The notes under the pieces: generated by a model
Seen by the model: the letters and a program-made list of their open reading frames with translations, nothing else
Told to the model about the DNA's origin: nothing
Databases searched by the model: none
Made by a program: the position numbers and the translations under genes
From: Candidatus Micrarchaeia archaeon
GTDB lineage: Archaea > Micrarchaeota > Micrarchaeia > Anstonellales > J096
Direction: 5' to 3'
Length of the DNA stretch: 29,554 bases
Assembly: GCA_041500865.1 (NCBI GenBank)
Contig: JBGQMY010000018.1
Coordinates: 1 to 29,554 of the forward strand
Shown here: positions 9,071 through 19,160 of the stretch, piece after piece
Layout: each line of letters begins with the position of its first letter
How positions within the stretch are numbered: the first letter of the stretch is position 1

Positions 9071-10087
9071 ATGGCTATGGACATAATGGCAACAATGGCG
9101 CCGTACATTGACTACGTGTATGTGCTTTCGATAATCGTGGAGTCTTACCTGGTGGGCCGGGTGGTGGCGCCCATCCTGATATGGATAGGGATGAAGTTCA
9201 CGGAAAAGACCAAGTCCAAGCTGGAAAAGATGCTGATAACGGAAACGAGGGGGCTGATAGAGTCTTTTTTCTTTATCGTGCTGATAGAGATTTCCATGCT
9301 GTACATGCCCGCCTATTTCGCGGTCTTCGACAAGACGCAGCTCGGCCTTGCAACGGACCTGGCGTTTATCGTGTTCTTCACGTACCTCGCATACAAGGTC
9401 ATACACGTCGTGTTCAAGTGGTACTACGAAGACGGGCAGAAGGAATACAGGCTGAAGGTGCCAACAGACCTTCTGCCGTTCTTCAAGAACGCAAGCCAGA
9501 TATTCGTGATATGCGTCGCGCTGATAATCTGCCTTTACAGGATAGGGATTGACATCACCGCGCTCGCGGCCCTGCCGCTCATAATCACGCTGGTGGCCGG
9601 GCTTGGCGCAATGGACATCATCTCAAACATGTTCTACGGGCTGGCGGTGCAGATGGAAAGGCAGATAAAGTATGGCGACTACCTGAGGCTTCCCTCCGGC
9701 GACATCGTAAGGCTCAGGAAGATAGGCCTGAAAACGACAAAGCTGGTTGACCTTTCCGGCAACACGATACTGATGTCGAACGCGGAGTTCGCCAAGTCGA
9801 AAATCACAAAGCTGGCCGAGGCCGGAAGCTATGCAACGGTATCCATCCCCTTTGAGATAGACGCGAAGTGCGACCTTGCGAGGCTGCAGGAGCACGTGAA
9901 AGGGGCGCTCGCATCCATGAAGGATGTTATCCATGACTTAGACAGCATGTCGGTTACAGCCTCAAAATACAAGCAGGGATGGGTAGAGGGCAGCGTAAAC
10001 GTACAGATATCGGACCTCACGCTCAACCCTAAGATAAACGACATTGTCGCAAGGGCCATAAAGGATTTCGCAGGCAGGAAGGCATAG
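9071..10087 (+). CDS. mscS: Small-conductance mechanosensitive channel family protein
   Basis: Several TM helices, GLGAMDIISNMFYGL (TM3), IKYGDYL, KIGLKTTKL..L.GNT...SNA; start probably 9071 or 9077. Confidence 0.9.
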   Translation: MAMDIMATMAPYIDYVYVLSIIVESYLVGRVVAPILIWIGMKFTEKTKSKLEKMLITETRGLIESFFFIVLIEISMLYMPAYFAVFDKTQLGLATDLAFIVFFTYLAYKVIHVVFKWYYEDGQKEYRLKVPTDLLPFFKNASQIFVICVALIICLYRIGIDITALAALPLIITLVAGLGAMDIISNMFYGLAVQMERQIKYGDYLRLPSGDIVRLRKIGLKTTKLVDLSGNTILMSNAEFAKSKITKLAEAGSYATVSIPFEIDAKCDLARLQEHVKGALASMKDVIHDLDSMSVTASKYKQGWVEGSVNVQISDLTLNPKINDIVARAIKDFAGRKA

Positions 10088-10089
10088 CC

Positions 10090-10497
10090 ATGCTCATTGT
10101 AAGCGCGTGCCTGGCAGGCGTGAAATGCAGGTTTAATGGAAAGGCAAGCCCATGCGCAAAGGTCATTTCCCTTGTTAGGAAGGGAAAGGCAATCCCTGTT
10201 TGCCCTGAACAGCTTGGGGGGCTTCCGACCCCGAGGCCGGCTGCGGAACAAAGGAAAGGAAGGGTCGTTGATGCCAGGGGAAAGGACTATACTGCCGCAT
10301 TTGCAAAAGGGGCGAAAGAGGGCCTGAAAATCGCGAAGATGGCGAAATGTAGGGTTGCCATCCTCAAGTCCAAGTCCCCGTCATGCGGGTGCGGGCTTGT
10401 CTATGACGGCACGTTTTCCAATAAACTCAAAAAAGGCAACGGGGTTTTCGCTGCGATGCTGAAAAGGAACGGCATTAAGGTGACTGACGAGAATTAG
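10090..10497 (+). CDS. DUF523 family protein (2-thiouracil desulfurase-like, Fe-S)
   Basis: VSACLAG..CRFNG, PVCPEQLGGLPTPR, LKSKSPSCG, G.GVFAA.L. Confidence 0.93.
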   Translation: MLIVSACLAGVKCRFNGKASPCAKVISLVRKGKAIPVCPEQLGGLPTPRPAAEQRKGRVVDARGKDYTAAFAKGAKEGLKIAKMAKCRVAILKSKSPSCGCGLVYDGTFSNKLKKGNGVFAAMLKRNGIKVTDEN

Positions 10498-10544
10498 TTT
10501 GGCAATAATAAACATATATAAACACTTATTATGCTTAATTAGCG

Positions 10545-11489
10545 ATGCAAAAGCTCAGGATTATCTATACGCCGGATGCCGGCAAGTTCAGGCTTCGCTT
10601 CCCGTCAACATACTTTGGCAAGTATAAGGGCGACACCGAAACAGCTGCCATGCGCCAGGCGTATGCTGGGTTGGGGGCGCACGTGGGCAGCCTGCCCGGA
10701 ACCGTTGGCGTAGTCACGTACCTTGACATGACAAAACAGTATGCGGACAATATGCGCAAAAAGATGGCGGAACACGGCATAAGGTCTCCGACCACGGCAT
10801 ACCTGCCTTTGGACATAATGAATGCAGTAATGAAACTGAGGAATGAGGATAGGGACAATCCGGTTACTGCCCAATATGTATACCGCCAAACCACATTGTT
10901 ATGCTGCCATGAAGCCGTGCTTTGTGAAAAAAGGGCGCCTGCGCATGTGCGTTATGGCATCTTGATTGGATCAACTATACCTAATATTAGCCAGATAGTG
11001 TACGGATACCAGCAGCTTGCGGACAAAATAAGACATGACATATTGAAGCAGACAATAAAGGAACTCAGCAAAATAGGGACCTGGAAAAAGCTTGAAAACG
11101 CCAGAAAGTATTTCTATGCGCGTTTCGCTGCCAACCGCGTTTCAAGGGAACTGCCGCTCTTTTTCCTTGTGCCAGGGACATTCCCTGCAGAGCTCGTTTC
11201 CGTGGGCCTTGACGACCGGCTTGATGAGCCGCAGCTGCCTGAGGGATTTGAATGTGCTCTTAGGCGCGGATGCAAGGGCGTCAAGGACGAGGCATACGTG
11301 GAAGAAATGCTCGCCAAACTGAAAGGCCCCATAAAGGACCTGTTCGGCAGGACGGAACGGTTCGATATCCTGAAAAAGCTGCTGGAGGCGCTGCCTGAGC
11401 CCAAGACGATAATAACCGACATCTACATCGTGGACGCAATCCCTCAATTGAGGAAGGCGGATTTTGAAAGCGTGGAATACAGTCCTTGA
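10545..11489 (+). CDS. Hypothetical protein, 314 aa, soluble
   Basis: Long ORF filling the gap on the same strand as its neighbours; TATATAAA about 30 nt upstream; no family recognised. Confidence 0.75.
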   Translation: MQKLRIIYTPDAGKFRLRFPSTYFGKYKGDTETAAMRQAYAGLGAHVGSLPGTVGVVTYLDMTKQYADNMRKKMAEHGIRSPTTAYLPLDIMNAVMKLRNEDRDNPVTAQYVYRQTTLLCCHEAVLCEKRAPAHVRYGILIGSTIPNISQIVYGYQQLADKIRHDILKQTIKELSKIGTWKKLENARKYFYARFAANRVSRELPLFFLVPGTFPAELVSVGLDDRLDEPQLPEGFECALRRGCKGVKDEAYVEEMLAKLKGPIKDLFGRTERFDILKKLLEALPEPKTIITDIYIVDAIPQLRKADFESVEYSP

Positions 11490-11551
11490 CGCGCCGGCCA
11501 ATAGGCAGGTTTTTAAGGGATTGGAGCCAACACCAAAACGGTGCTTTGAAA

Positions 11552-12250
11552 ATGTATGGTGCATCTCCTCAGGCTTATGACAAGGCAATGACGGTTTTCA
11601 GCCCGGACGGCAGGCTGTTCCAGGTTGAGTACGCAAAAGAGGCGGTCAAAAGGGGCGCGACCAGCGTCGGCGTCGTCACAAAGGACGGCATAGTCATGGC
11701 GGCCGTAAAGTCAATCTATTCCCCGCTTGTCGTGACGGATTCCATAAGGAAGATATTCGAGGTCGACAAGCACGTTTTCATAACGGCATCAGGGCTTATA
11801 GCCGACGCAAGGAAGCTCGTGGAGCTTGCAAGGGACCAGGCCATAAGGCACAGGGTCGTGTACAGCGAGCCCATAGCCACGGTCAACCTCGTCAAATACC
11901 TTGCCGACATAATGCAGTCCTACACCCAGTACGGCGGCGTAAGGCCGTTCGGCATCTCGCTCCTTGTCGGGGGGTTTGAGGGAAAGGCCCCGAACCTGTA
12001 TGAGATAGAGCCAAGCGGCGCGATGGTCGGCTATTCGGCCAACTCCATAGGCAGCCACAAGCAGGAGGCGGACGAGTACCTGAAGAAGCACTACGACAAG
12101 GCAATGAAGCTGGAGGACGCGACCAGGCTCGCGATAAAGTGCCTTGCCGAGAACGAGGAGGAGAACTTTGAGATAGAGGCCTATGCGCTGGAAACCAGCA
12201 AAGGCGAGTTCAAGCCAGTGCCTGACAAGATAGTGAAGAAGTACATGTGA
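11552..12250 (+). CDS. psmA: Proteasome subunit alpha
   Basis: YDKAMTVFSPDGRLFQVEYA and YTQYGGVRPFGISLL; true start ATG at 11552. Confidence 0.97.
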   Translation: MYGASPQAYDKAMTVFSPDGRLFQVEYAKEAVKRGATSVGVVTKDGIVMAAVKSIYSPLVVTDSIRKIFEVDKHVFITASGLIADARKLVELARDQAIRHRVVYSEPIATVNLVKYLADIMQSYTQYGGVRPFGISLLVGGFEGKAPNLYEIEPSGAMVGYSANSIGSHKQEADEYLKKHYDKAMKLEDATRLAIKCLAENEEENFEIEAYALETSKGEFKPVPDKIVKKYM

Positions 12251-12252
12251 TT

Positions 12253-12480
12253 TCAGTTCTTGACCAATCCCCAGCGTATCCCGTCCCAGACCCTTTCATG
12301 CACGTAATAGCCGACGCTAGTATAGACGTTGTTTATCAAAACGAACCCTATCGCGACGCTGGATTGCCCGGTGAAAAGGTACACTGCGATAAAATCCAAT
12401 GCCATGACCGCAATCCTGTAAGTAACCGTCTTCAGCAGCGACCTTTTCCAGCTGTCCCTCAGATGTTCCATGGCTTCCAT
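12253..12480 (-). CDS. DUF2061 family small membrane protein
   Basis: DSWKRSLLKTVTYR...YYVHERVWD.I.WG. Confidence 0.9.
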   Translation of the reverse strand: MEAMEHLRDSWKRSLLKTVTYRIAVMALDFIAVYLFTGQSSVAIGFVLINNVYTSVGYYVHERVWDGIRWGLVKN

Positions 12481-12496
12481 TGCAACCGCCCTGAAC

Positions 12497-13174
12497 CTAG
12501 GATATTACGGTTCCACTATGCGCCTTGCCCTCTATCGCGTTCCTGACGTCATTGAGGTTCCTGCCTGAAACGACGTCTATCCTGATATCGGAGCGCATTG
12601 CAAGCTTCGCGGCAACGCTGTCGAACACGAAATGCGTCCCTGCCTTCCTCATGTCGTTTTTCATCGCCAATGCCACAAAGTCCGCGATTTTCATGCTCTT
12701 GAATTTCTTGGCAGAGGGCTCCGAAGGGTCCCTGTCGTAAACGCCATTGACGTTGGTTATGTTGACGATGCGCCTTGAGCCTATGGACTCGGCAAGCAGC
12801 ACGGCAGTCGAGTCCGTCGTGAAGCCGGGGTAAAGGCCGCCCATGACGACGCACTTGTGCTTGCCCATTGCTGCGGACGCCAGCTCTATGCTTTCCGGGA
12901 CGTTAGGATAGGCGTCCTTGAGCGCCGCCAGCAGCAGCATCGCGTTCTGCCTTGTCTCCAATATCGCGACCTTGTCTGCCTGGAAGTCGTTGGCCCCAAG
13001 GCTCTTCAGGGCTGAAACGTATGTCCTTGCATAGCTGCCCCCTCCTACGGTGATTGCGCATTTGAGCCTGGATGCGTTGATGATGCCGGCAACCGCCTTT
13101 ACGAACCTTAAATCGGGCTTGCCGGGGTTGACCATGCTGCCCCCGACCGATATTGTGACCGTTTCATTTTGCAT
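12497..13174 (-). CDS. pyrH: UMP kinase (archaeal type)
   Basis: ISVGGS, VGGGSYAR, GGLYPGFTTD, TNVNGVYDRDP, AGTHFVFD. Confidence 0.94.
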   Translation of the reverse strand: MQNETVTISVGGSMVNPGKPDLRFVKAVAGIINASRLKCAITVGGGSYARTYVSALKSLGANDFQADKVAILETRQNAMLLLAALKDAYPNVPESIELASAAMGKHKCVVMGGLYPGFTTDSTAVLLAESIGSRRIVNITNVNGVYDRDPSEPSAKKFKSMKIADFVALAMKNDMRKAGTHFVFDSVAAKLAMRSDIRIDVVSGRNLNDVRNAIEGKAHSGTVIS

Positions 13175-13183
13175 ATGGACACC

Positions 13184-14281
13184 TCAATGCTTGGTTGAAG
13201 ACGTCGCGTTCTTCAGGCAGTTGGTTCCGTAACTGATGCCGTCATAGGACACCGTGAACTGCCTGCAGTTCCAAAGCGCGGTGACGTTCCTGGTGTAGCC
13301 GTTGAGCGCGGTGCTAACGTAAACAAGGGGATCCGCTATGCCTGTCACGTCCCCTCTCTTGTACCCTTCAACGATTGCCCACGAAGGCTTTGCGTATGAT
13401 GCGAGGATGTTGAACGCCTCGCCGGTCCCGCCTGCGCCGTAGCTTGGCGTCACAAGCACGTCCGTTTTCAGCGCGGAGGTGTACTTTGTGGCTACTGTCC
13501 CGATTGCGCCTTCCACCATGTCATTGCAGAAAAGCATGCTGAACCCCCTTGCGTCCCTCAGCATGAAGGCAATGGCGTTGTTGTCGGCATCCGAAAAAAG
13601 CATGTCGTTGAACGTGCCGGACGGCGGATTCATGATTTGGAAGTTCAATGACGCGTACGTCAGGTTGTCCCTGTCTTTCACAAGAACGGGCTCCGAGCCG
13701 GCTGCTGTGGCATAGGACGCTATGCTCTTGGACTCCGGAGTGTCAGGAAGCACCACGTATCCCGGCTTCGTTATGTTTATGACGTATTTTATCGTATCCG
13801 AAGTGGCATTGGAAACAAGCGGGAAAAACTCCACCTCTATGTCGTCAGCGCTGCTCAGCAGCGTGTATGCCGCCTCGTCCTTCTTGCTGCCGGAAACGGA
13901 TATTATCGCGGCGTCGAAGTTTCCCTTTGTTAAGAGCGTGAGCCTGTCGTTCTCGTTCCTGGTCCTGTCCTCTCTTCCGCCTATGGAGATGTTGTACATC
14001 CTTATGTAGAGCGTGTCGTTGTACGCCATCGAATATTCCCTTATCCTGCTGAGGTTGATTATCGGGGCAGAATTGTTCTGCTGGCTTTGGTTGCCAAGGC
14101 TGCTGTTCAGCCTCCCGGTTGCGTTGGACGGCGTGGTGCTGTTGCCCGTTATGATGACCTTGCCCCCGGTCCCGTTGTTTGCGGGCCCGGTGTTGTTGAC
14201 CGTCGTTGTCCCGCCGTTTATGCAGCCAAAGAGCGCTAGCATGATTACCAGTGTCGCCAATATCGGTATTAATGACCTCAT
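13184..14281 (-). CDS. Exported lipoprotein-like protein with degenerate ComEC/Rec2-type metallo-beta-lactamase fold
   Basis: Signal peptide ending LFGC; N/T/G-rich linker; DNNAIAFML...FSMLFCNDM...TDVLVTPSYG...KPSWAIV follows the ComEC-MBL pattern N.S.V....F.FLFTGD...DVLKV.HHG...P..AII. Confidence 0.65.
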   Translation of the reverse strand: MRSLIPILATLVIMLALFGCINGGTTTVNNTGPANNGTGGKVIITGNSTTPSNATGRLNSSLGNQSQQNNSAPIINLSRIREYSMAYNDTLYIRMYNISIGGREDRTRNENDRLTLLTKGNFDAAIISVSGSKKDEAAYTLLSSADDIEVEFFPLVSNATSDTIKYVINITKPGYVVLPDTPESKSIASYATAAGSEPVLVKDRDNLTYASLNFQIMNPPSGTFNDMLFSDADNNAIAFMLRDARGFSMLFCNDMVEGAIGTVATKYTSALKTDVLVTPSYGAGGTGEAFNILASYAKPSWAIVEGYKRGDVTGIADPLVYVSTALNGYTRNVTALWNCRQFTVSYDGISYGTNCLKNATSSTKH

Positions 14282-14304
14282 GGCTGGTTATTTGCCTGCA
14301 ATGA

Positions 14305-16029
14305 TTAAAAACGTATGGATGAGGGCCCGGCGCGGTTTAATATGACCAGAAAGAAAAGCACCAGCAGGACCAGCGTTATCGGCACTATGAACTTTGCGAC
14401 CGCGACTATGCTGTTCACCGTGGATATTATTTCTATGGATTGCCTTGAGCCAAGCACCTTTAGGCCCACTTCGGGGACCGAGAAAGCGGCGCTGAACGGC
14501 TCCGTCTTTGCCATGTGCACCTTGTCCAATATCTGGGATATTGCGGCCTCGTCCAATTCTATCTCGTTGACGATGCCGCTGACCGCATTCAGCTCGTGGC
14601 TGTCGGTCGTCATTATTATTGGGATTATGCCTTCCTTTGCGATGGCTGCCTCAAGCGCCTCCTTGGATTTCCGGCTTATGCCGTTGCCGTCCATCACCAT
14701 GTAGGCCATCTTTTTGTTTCCGGCCTTGAAAAGCATCGTATGTATGCCGTTTGACGCAAGGCCCTTTGCCTTTGGCTTTATGTACGACATGTGGCACTCC
14801 ATGTCCTGGCTTTGGAAATCCTTGGATGCAAGCGCATCGGCGCATTTCAGGTATTCCTTGGCCTCGTCGCTCAGCAGGTCAAAGTATGTTATCTTTTCAG
14901 CCGACGAGTTGTGCTCGTCAGCGACGATGACGTTCTTGTATCTCTTTTTCAGCTTCTCCATTATGAGGTAGCCGAGGCTGATGTCCGTGTCCTCGGTCGT
15001 CTCCGGCGCCCTTGTGAACGTGACCAGTATGGACTCGTTTACCACCAATCCGTGCATCCTCGCATATCCGTATGACGACTCTATGAATGCGCCCCTTGCC
15101 TTGAAATACTTCGCGCTTGAGTCGGAGGACTTGACCGCCTCTATTATCTTGGATATCTCGTTCCTGCTTGTGGGGTTGAGGTCGTGCGTTGCGGTTGAGT
15201 GCATCACTATCGCGTTCCCGCCAAGCGCCGACGATATGTTGCCTGGCGCGTCGCTGCCGCCCAGCTTGCCGAACGGCCCGAAATGGATGTACGGGACAAC
15301 GACTTTGTAGTCCTTGTCCGCCTTTATGCCCATGATGCCCAGCGGAAGGCTGGCATCGACGCCGACCTGGCTGAAAAGGTCCTCCAAATCGTCAGTCCCG
15401 AAATACCACTGGCCCGCGAAGCTGCTCAAAGCGTCAAAGCCTGAGACGCTGAAGTTCCTCCTGACCGGCGAAAGCAGTATGTAGGCAAGGACCAGGACGA
15501 CCACGACCGACACTGTGGACAGTATGGCATATTCCGTCAGCAGGCTTCCCAACGACACTGCGAAAAACGGGGCAACGAAGAACGCAAAAACAACGAACTG
15601 TATGATGCCTATCGTCAGGCCGCTCTTGAGCTTGCCCAATATCATGCCTATGCACAGCCAGATTATGAGGGAAAGGACGCCTGAAACCGCGAGAATGTCT
15701 GCCAATATGTTCTCCGACATCCCGAAAAGGTATACCGAAAGCGACAGCGAAACCGAATATATGAACTCAAAGACCAGCATGGACAGTAATATGGACCTCA
15801 GCTTGAGGCTCCACACGAATATCTTTATCAGGAACATGCTGATGATGCCGGAAATGAACAGCGACGTGTAGCTGAGCAGGAGGCTTTCCTGGAGCGGCCT
15901 GTTCCCGAAAACGGAGAGCGAGGCGCCCGCCAGCAAAGGAAGCGCGAAAAGCATCACGTAGACTATTCCCATGTTTGCCTTGAATGAGAGGTATTTGGTC
16001 AGGCCCGCGGCCTTGTCTATGTTGTCCAA
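14305..16029 (-). CDS. DUF2070 family archaeal membrane protein
   Basis: N-terminal TM bundle; PYIHFGPFG.LGGS, H...THDLNP, DEHNS, DGN, MTTDSH; C-terminal TM. Confidence 0.9.
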   Translation of the reverse strand: MDNIDKAAGLTKYLSFKANMGIVYVMLFALPLLAGASLSVFGNRPLQESLLLSYTSLFISGIISMFLIKIFVWSLKLRSILLSMLVFEFIYSVSLSLSVYLFGMSENILADILAVSGVLSLIIWLCIGMILGKLKSGLTIGIIQFVVFAFFVAPFFAVSLGSLLTEYAILSTVSVVVVLVLAYILLSPVRRNFSVSGFDALSSFAGQWYFGTDDLEDLFSQVGVDASLPLGIMGIKADKDYKVVVPYIHFGPFGKLGGSDAPGNISSALGGNAIVMHSTATHDLNPTSRNEISKIIEAVKSSDSSAKYFKARGAFIESSYGYARMHGLVVNESILVTFTRAPETTEDTDISLGYLIMEKLKKRYKNVIVADEHNSSAEKITYFDLLSDEAKEYLKCADALASKDFQSQDMECHMSYIKPKAKGLASNGIHTMLFKAGNKKMAYMVMDGNGISRKSKEALEAAIAKEGIIPIIMTTDSHELNAVSGIVNEIELDEAAISQILDKVHMAKTEPFSAAFSVPEVGLKVLGSRQSIEIISTVNSIVAVAKFIVPITLVLLVLFFLVILNRAGPSSIRF

Positions 16030-16033
16030 GGGA

Positions 16034-16243
16034 TCACTTTGCGTTGCCGGCCTTCGTTCCGTTGAACTTCATCGGGTTGGAGAGGCTTTCCTCTATCATT
16101 TCATTGAGCAGGTAGGTGTTGCCTATGTACTCCTCTGCCACCTTCCTGAACGTCGTCTTCCTTTGCGCGGCTATCTTCATCAGCTCAAGCGCCATGTAGC
16201 GTATCTCGGAACTGACAGGCTCTGCCTCTTCGGAATCGTCCAT
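16034..16243 (-). CDS. Small hypothetical protein (about 69 aa, helical)
   Basis: Fills the gap directly upstream of DUF2070 on the same strand; TTTTAAAA about 25 nt upstream of ATG 16243. Confidence 0.7.
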   Translation of the reverse strand: MDDSEEAEPVSSEIRYMALELMKIAAQRKTTFRKVAEEYIGNTYLLNEMIEESLSNPMKFNGTKAGNAK

Positions 16244-16316
16244 ATGCCCCGTATTGTTCCGCACCGTTTTAAAACCCTCTTGGCAGCGTTAAAAACGTTT
16301 CGCATTAAACCCCATT

Positions 16317-18089
16317 ATGCATCTTATCGGCTTGGCCAGGGAAGGGATTGCCAAGGCATTGTCCTCGGCTGCAGGCATTCCGTTTGAAGAGGCGCTCAAA
16401 GGCCTGTCTTATACTAAAAACAGGGCCTTTGGGGACCTTGAGTCCCGCATAGCGTTTGACGTCGCGAAACGAGACAAGGTCAATCCTGTCCAGGCTGCAT
16501 CTGCCCTTGTCTCAAAGCTTAAATCAATAAAATACGTCGAAAGGGCCGAGGCAAAAGGCCCCTATGTCAATTTCTTCCTTTCTTCCGATTATTATAAGGA
16601 GCTCGTGAAGTCCTTTTCAAAAGGCGTTCCTAAATCAGAGAGCAACGGCAAGAAGGCCCTTGTTGAGTTTCCGGGCGTGAATCCCAACAAGCCTTGGCAC
16701 ATCGGCCATCTGAGGAACGCTTTACTTGGCAACAGCATGGCCAATATCCTGGAGTCCAACGGATATAATGTTGAAAGGGCTGACTATATTGACGACCTTG
16801 GCTTGCAGGTCGCGCAGAGCCTCTGGTATTATACTAAGTTCAAGTCAAAGCCTTCCGGGAAGTTTGACCTTTTTGTCGGCATGCAGTATGTCGAGGCTGC
16901 AAAGGCGCTTGAGGACAAGGAAAAGGAAAAAGAGATAAGAGCCGTTTTGGAGAAGATGGAAAAAGGGAAAGATAACGACGCAGAGAAATTCGTTGAGAAT
17001 GTCATAAAATCACAGAGCCAGACGTCCTTTGACTACGGCATTTTCCACGACTACATGATGTTTGAAAGCTCAATTGTCACTGAGCTTTTGCCAGACGGAA
17101 TAAAGATGCTTGAGAAGAACGGCGCTCTCAGGAAGGAAACTTCCGGGAAGAACGCCGGTTGCTGGGTTTTGCCGCTTGAAGGCGACGAGTTCAAGGGACA
17201 ATTGGAAACCAACAAGGTGCTGATAAGGAGCGACGGCACTACAACTTACACTGGCAAGGACATTATCTTCCACTTATGGAAGTTCGGCATACTTGAAAGG
17301 AAAGTCAAGTTCAAGGAGCTCATGGAACAGCCGAACGGCGTGATATGCTACCGCTCTTCTTCGGAAGGAAAGGAGATGAAGTTCGGGAACGCGGACATTG
17401 TTGTCAACATAATAGGCATTGAGCAGGCCCATCCGCAGAACATAGTCAAATACGCGATAAGGAAGCTCGGCTACGATTCTGCTGCGTCCAATTACGTCCA
17501 TGTTGCCTATGGGGCTGTGAAACTGCCTGAAGGCCGGTTCTCAGGAAGGCGCGGGATATGGGTAGGCTATACGGCTGACGACTTGATGGAAGAAGGCATG
17601 GACAAGGCGCGCGAAAGGATGAAGGATGCGAAAGATGCTGACGTTAAAAAGATAGTCAATGCCGCGATAAAGTATGCGATGCTCAAGATAGGCGCGGCAA
17701 AGGAGGTTGTTTTCGACTGGGACAGGGCATTGTCCATGGAAGGGGATTCAGGGCCTTACATACTGTACTCTTATGTTAGGGCGAAGAAGATATTGGAGCA
17801 CGCGGAGAAGGATGCAAAGCCAGGGAATTATAATGAGGAGGAAAGGGCCTTGGTCCTGAAGCTTTCGCAGTTCGGGGAAGTGGCGGAATCCTGTGCGAAG
17901 AACTTCGACCCGAGCGGCATGGCGATGTACCTTTCAGAGGTTGCGGCGATGTTCCACAGCTGGTACGCAAAATGCAGGGTTGTCGGCACGCCGGAGGAGG
18001 GGGCAAGGCTCGCCCTCGTGAAATCCTTTGCCAATGTGGCCGAGAAAGGCCTGTGGATGCTCGGGATTGAGACGGTCGGGGAGATGTGA
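16317..18089 (+). CDS. argS: Arginine--tRNA ligase
   Basis: VEF..NPNKPWHIGHLRN, LIRSDGT..Y, FSGRRG, EGDSGPYILYSYVRA, terminal GEM. Confidence 0.97.
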   Translation: MHLIGLAREGIAKALSSAAGIPFEEALKGLSYTKNRAFGDLESRIAFDVAKRDKVNPVQAASALVSKLKSIKYVERAEAKGPYVNFFLSSDYYKELVKSFSKGVPKSESNGKKALVEFPGVNPNKPWHIGHLRNALLGNSMANILESNGYNVERADYIDDLGLQVAQSLWYYTKFKSKPSGKFDLFVGMQYVEAAKALEDKEKEKEIRAVLEKMEKGKDNDAEKFVENVIKSQSQTSFDYGIFHDYMMFESSIVTELLPDGIKMLEKNGALRKETSGKNAGCWVLPLEGDEFKGQLETNKVLIRSDGTTTYTGKDIIFHLWKFGILERKVKFKELMEQPNGVICYRSSSEGKEMKFGNADIVVNIIGIEQAHPQNIVKYAIRKLGYDSAASNYVHVAYGAVKLPEGRFSGRRGIWVGYTADDLMEEGMDKARERMKDAKDADVKKIVNAAIKYAMLKIGAAKEVVFDWDRALSMEGDSGPYILYSYVRAKKILEHAEKDAKPGNYNEEERALVLKLSQFGEVAESCAKNFDPSGMAMYLSEVAAMFHSWYAKCRVVGTPEEGARLALVKSFANVAEKGLWMLGIETVGEM

Positions 18090-18091
18090 GC

Positions 18092-18358
18092 ATGTCATTG
18101 GAGCTTGTCGGTTATATTGGGGGATTTTTGATTGCAGTGGCTTTGGCTCCACAGCTTATTAAGACATGGAAAACCAAATCCGCAAAAGATTTGTCTTTGT
18201 TGTGGACTATTGTATCGCTCATAGGACTAATCCTTTATGGCATATATGCTGCAGTAAACATGGTTTTGCCGCTGTTGATTTTTGCCACAATAGAATCGAT
18301 AATGATTATTGCGTTAATCATCCTCAAGATAAAATATGATAATAAGATGAAGAAATAA
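18092..18358 (+). CDS. SemiSWEET / PQ-loop transporter
   Basis: Three TM helices with APQLIKTWKTKSAKDLS motif; ATG at 18092 (GTG at 18086 also possible). Confidence 0.92.
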   Translation: MSLELVGYIGGFLIAVALAPQLIKTWKTKSAKDLSLLWTIVSLIGLILYGIYAAVNMVLPLLIFATIESIMIIALIILKIKYDNKMKK

Positions 18359-18367
18359 GGAGAGAGT

Positions 18368-19156
18368 ATGTCTTTACCAAATGAAGAAGAAAGTATCGAG
18401 GATGCAAAGAACCAGAATGATGATATTATTCATGAATCCAAAGAATCAAGAAAACCATATACAATAACTGCGATATTCGATCAAGATAATAAACCTCTGA
18501 AGATACCGATTTCGATAAAAGCCATCTGGACAGACAATCTGCTTCTTTATGTTAGCGAAAAAGTTTTCCAGTATCTAATTTTAGGAAGGAAAATGGTTAT
18601 ATATCTCTATCTTATGATTATGTTTGCAACCTTTATGTTCATTACAACACTAATATCCAAGATTTTGAACCTTCAGACGGCAGATTCATTGCTGAGTTGG
18701 ACTTATACAGTTCTATTATTACTCATTATGCCTCTTCTTATTTATTACTGGGATATCTATGTCGCTATACAGCTCCACAAGGCTATGAATGTTGCAATGC
18801 GCAACAAATCATATTCTAAATCAGAAGAGCATTATACAGACCAACGTAACTTTGAGTGGACCTCAACAAACTTGACTATTCTCAATGCAATAATCCGCAA
18901 TAATGAAAAAACGCAATATTCCTACGAGGATCTAGGTCGTATTGCTGGCGTTGACCGCCAAACTGCCAAGTCTTCAATAAAAAAGTTGCTTGATTCCAAA
19001 TTAATATATAAGGATAGTGGAGTATACTATTTCTCCGAAGTGGATTTCGAAATTTATATAAAAAAAGATAATAAAATAGAATTTGTAAACATAGATAAAT
19101 TTGAAAAAAAGAAGTTTCAGCATCTATTCGAAATAATGTGTTTTGAGGCATTTTAA
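18368..19156 (+). CDS. Hypothetical two-TM protein with C-terminal winged helix-turn-helix
   Basis: Hydrophobic segments MVIYLYLMIMFATFMFITTLI and LLSWTYTVLLLLIMPLLIYYW; ILNAI...SYEDLGRIAGVDRQTAKSSIKKLLDSKLIYKDSGVYY is a wHTH pattern. Confidence 0.72.
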   Translation: MSLPNEEESIEDAKNQNDDIIHESKESRKPYTITAIFDQDNKPLKIPISIKAIWTDNLLLYVSEKVFQYLILGRKMVIYLYLMIMFATFMFITTLISKILNLQTADSLLSWTYTVLLLLIMPLLIYYWDIYVAIQLHKAMNVAMRNKSYSKSEEHYTDQRNFEWTSTNLTILNAIIRNNEKTQYSYEDLGRIAGVDRQTAKSSIKKLLDSKLIYKDSGVYYFSEVDFEIYIKKDNKIEFVNIDKFEKKKFQHLFEIMCFEAF

Positions 19157-19160
19157 CTTG

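Noticed and set aside
9026..9406. N-terminal extension of the acylphosphatase ORF (likewise srp54 to 21415, psmA from 11486, flippase to 28828)
   Set aside because: The extensions overlap neighbouring genes or promoters; family homology begins at the internal Met.
13425..13435. 11-nt match (GTCCCGCCTGC) to the putative omegaRNA guide inside the MBL-like gene
   Set aside because: It misses the scaffold-proximal seed (AAAAC), and a GC-rich match this short is plausible by chance in 30 kb.
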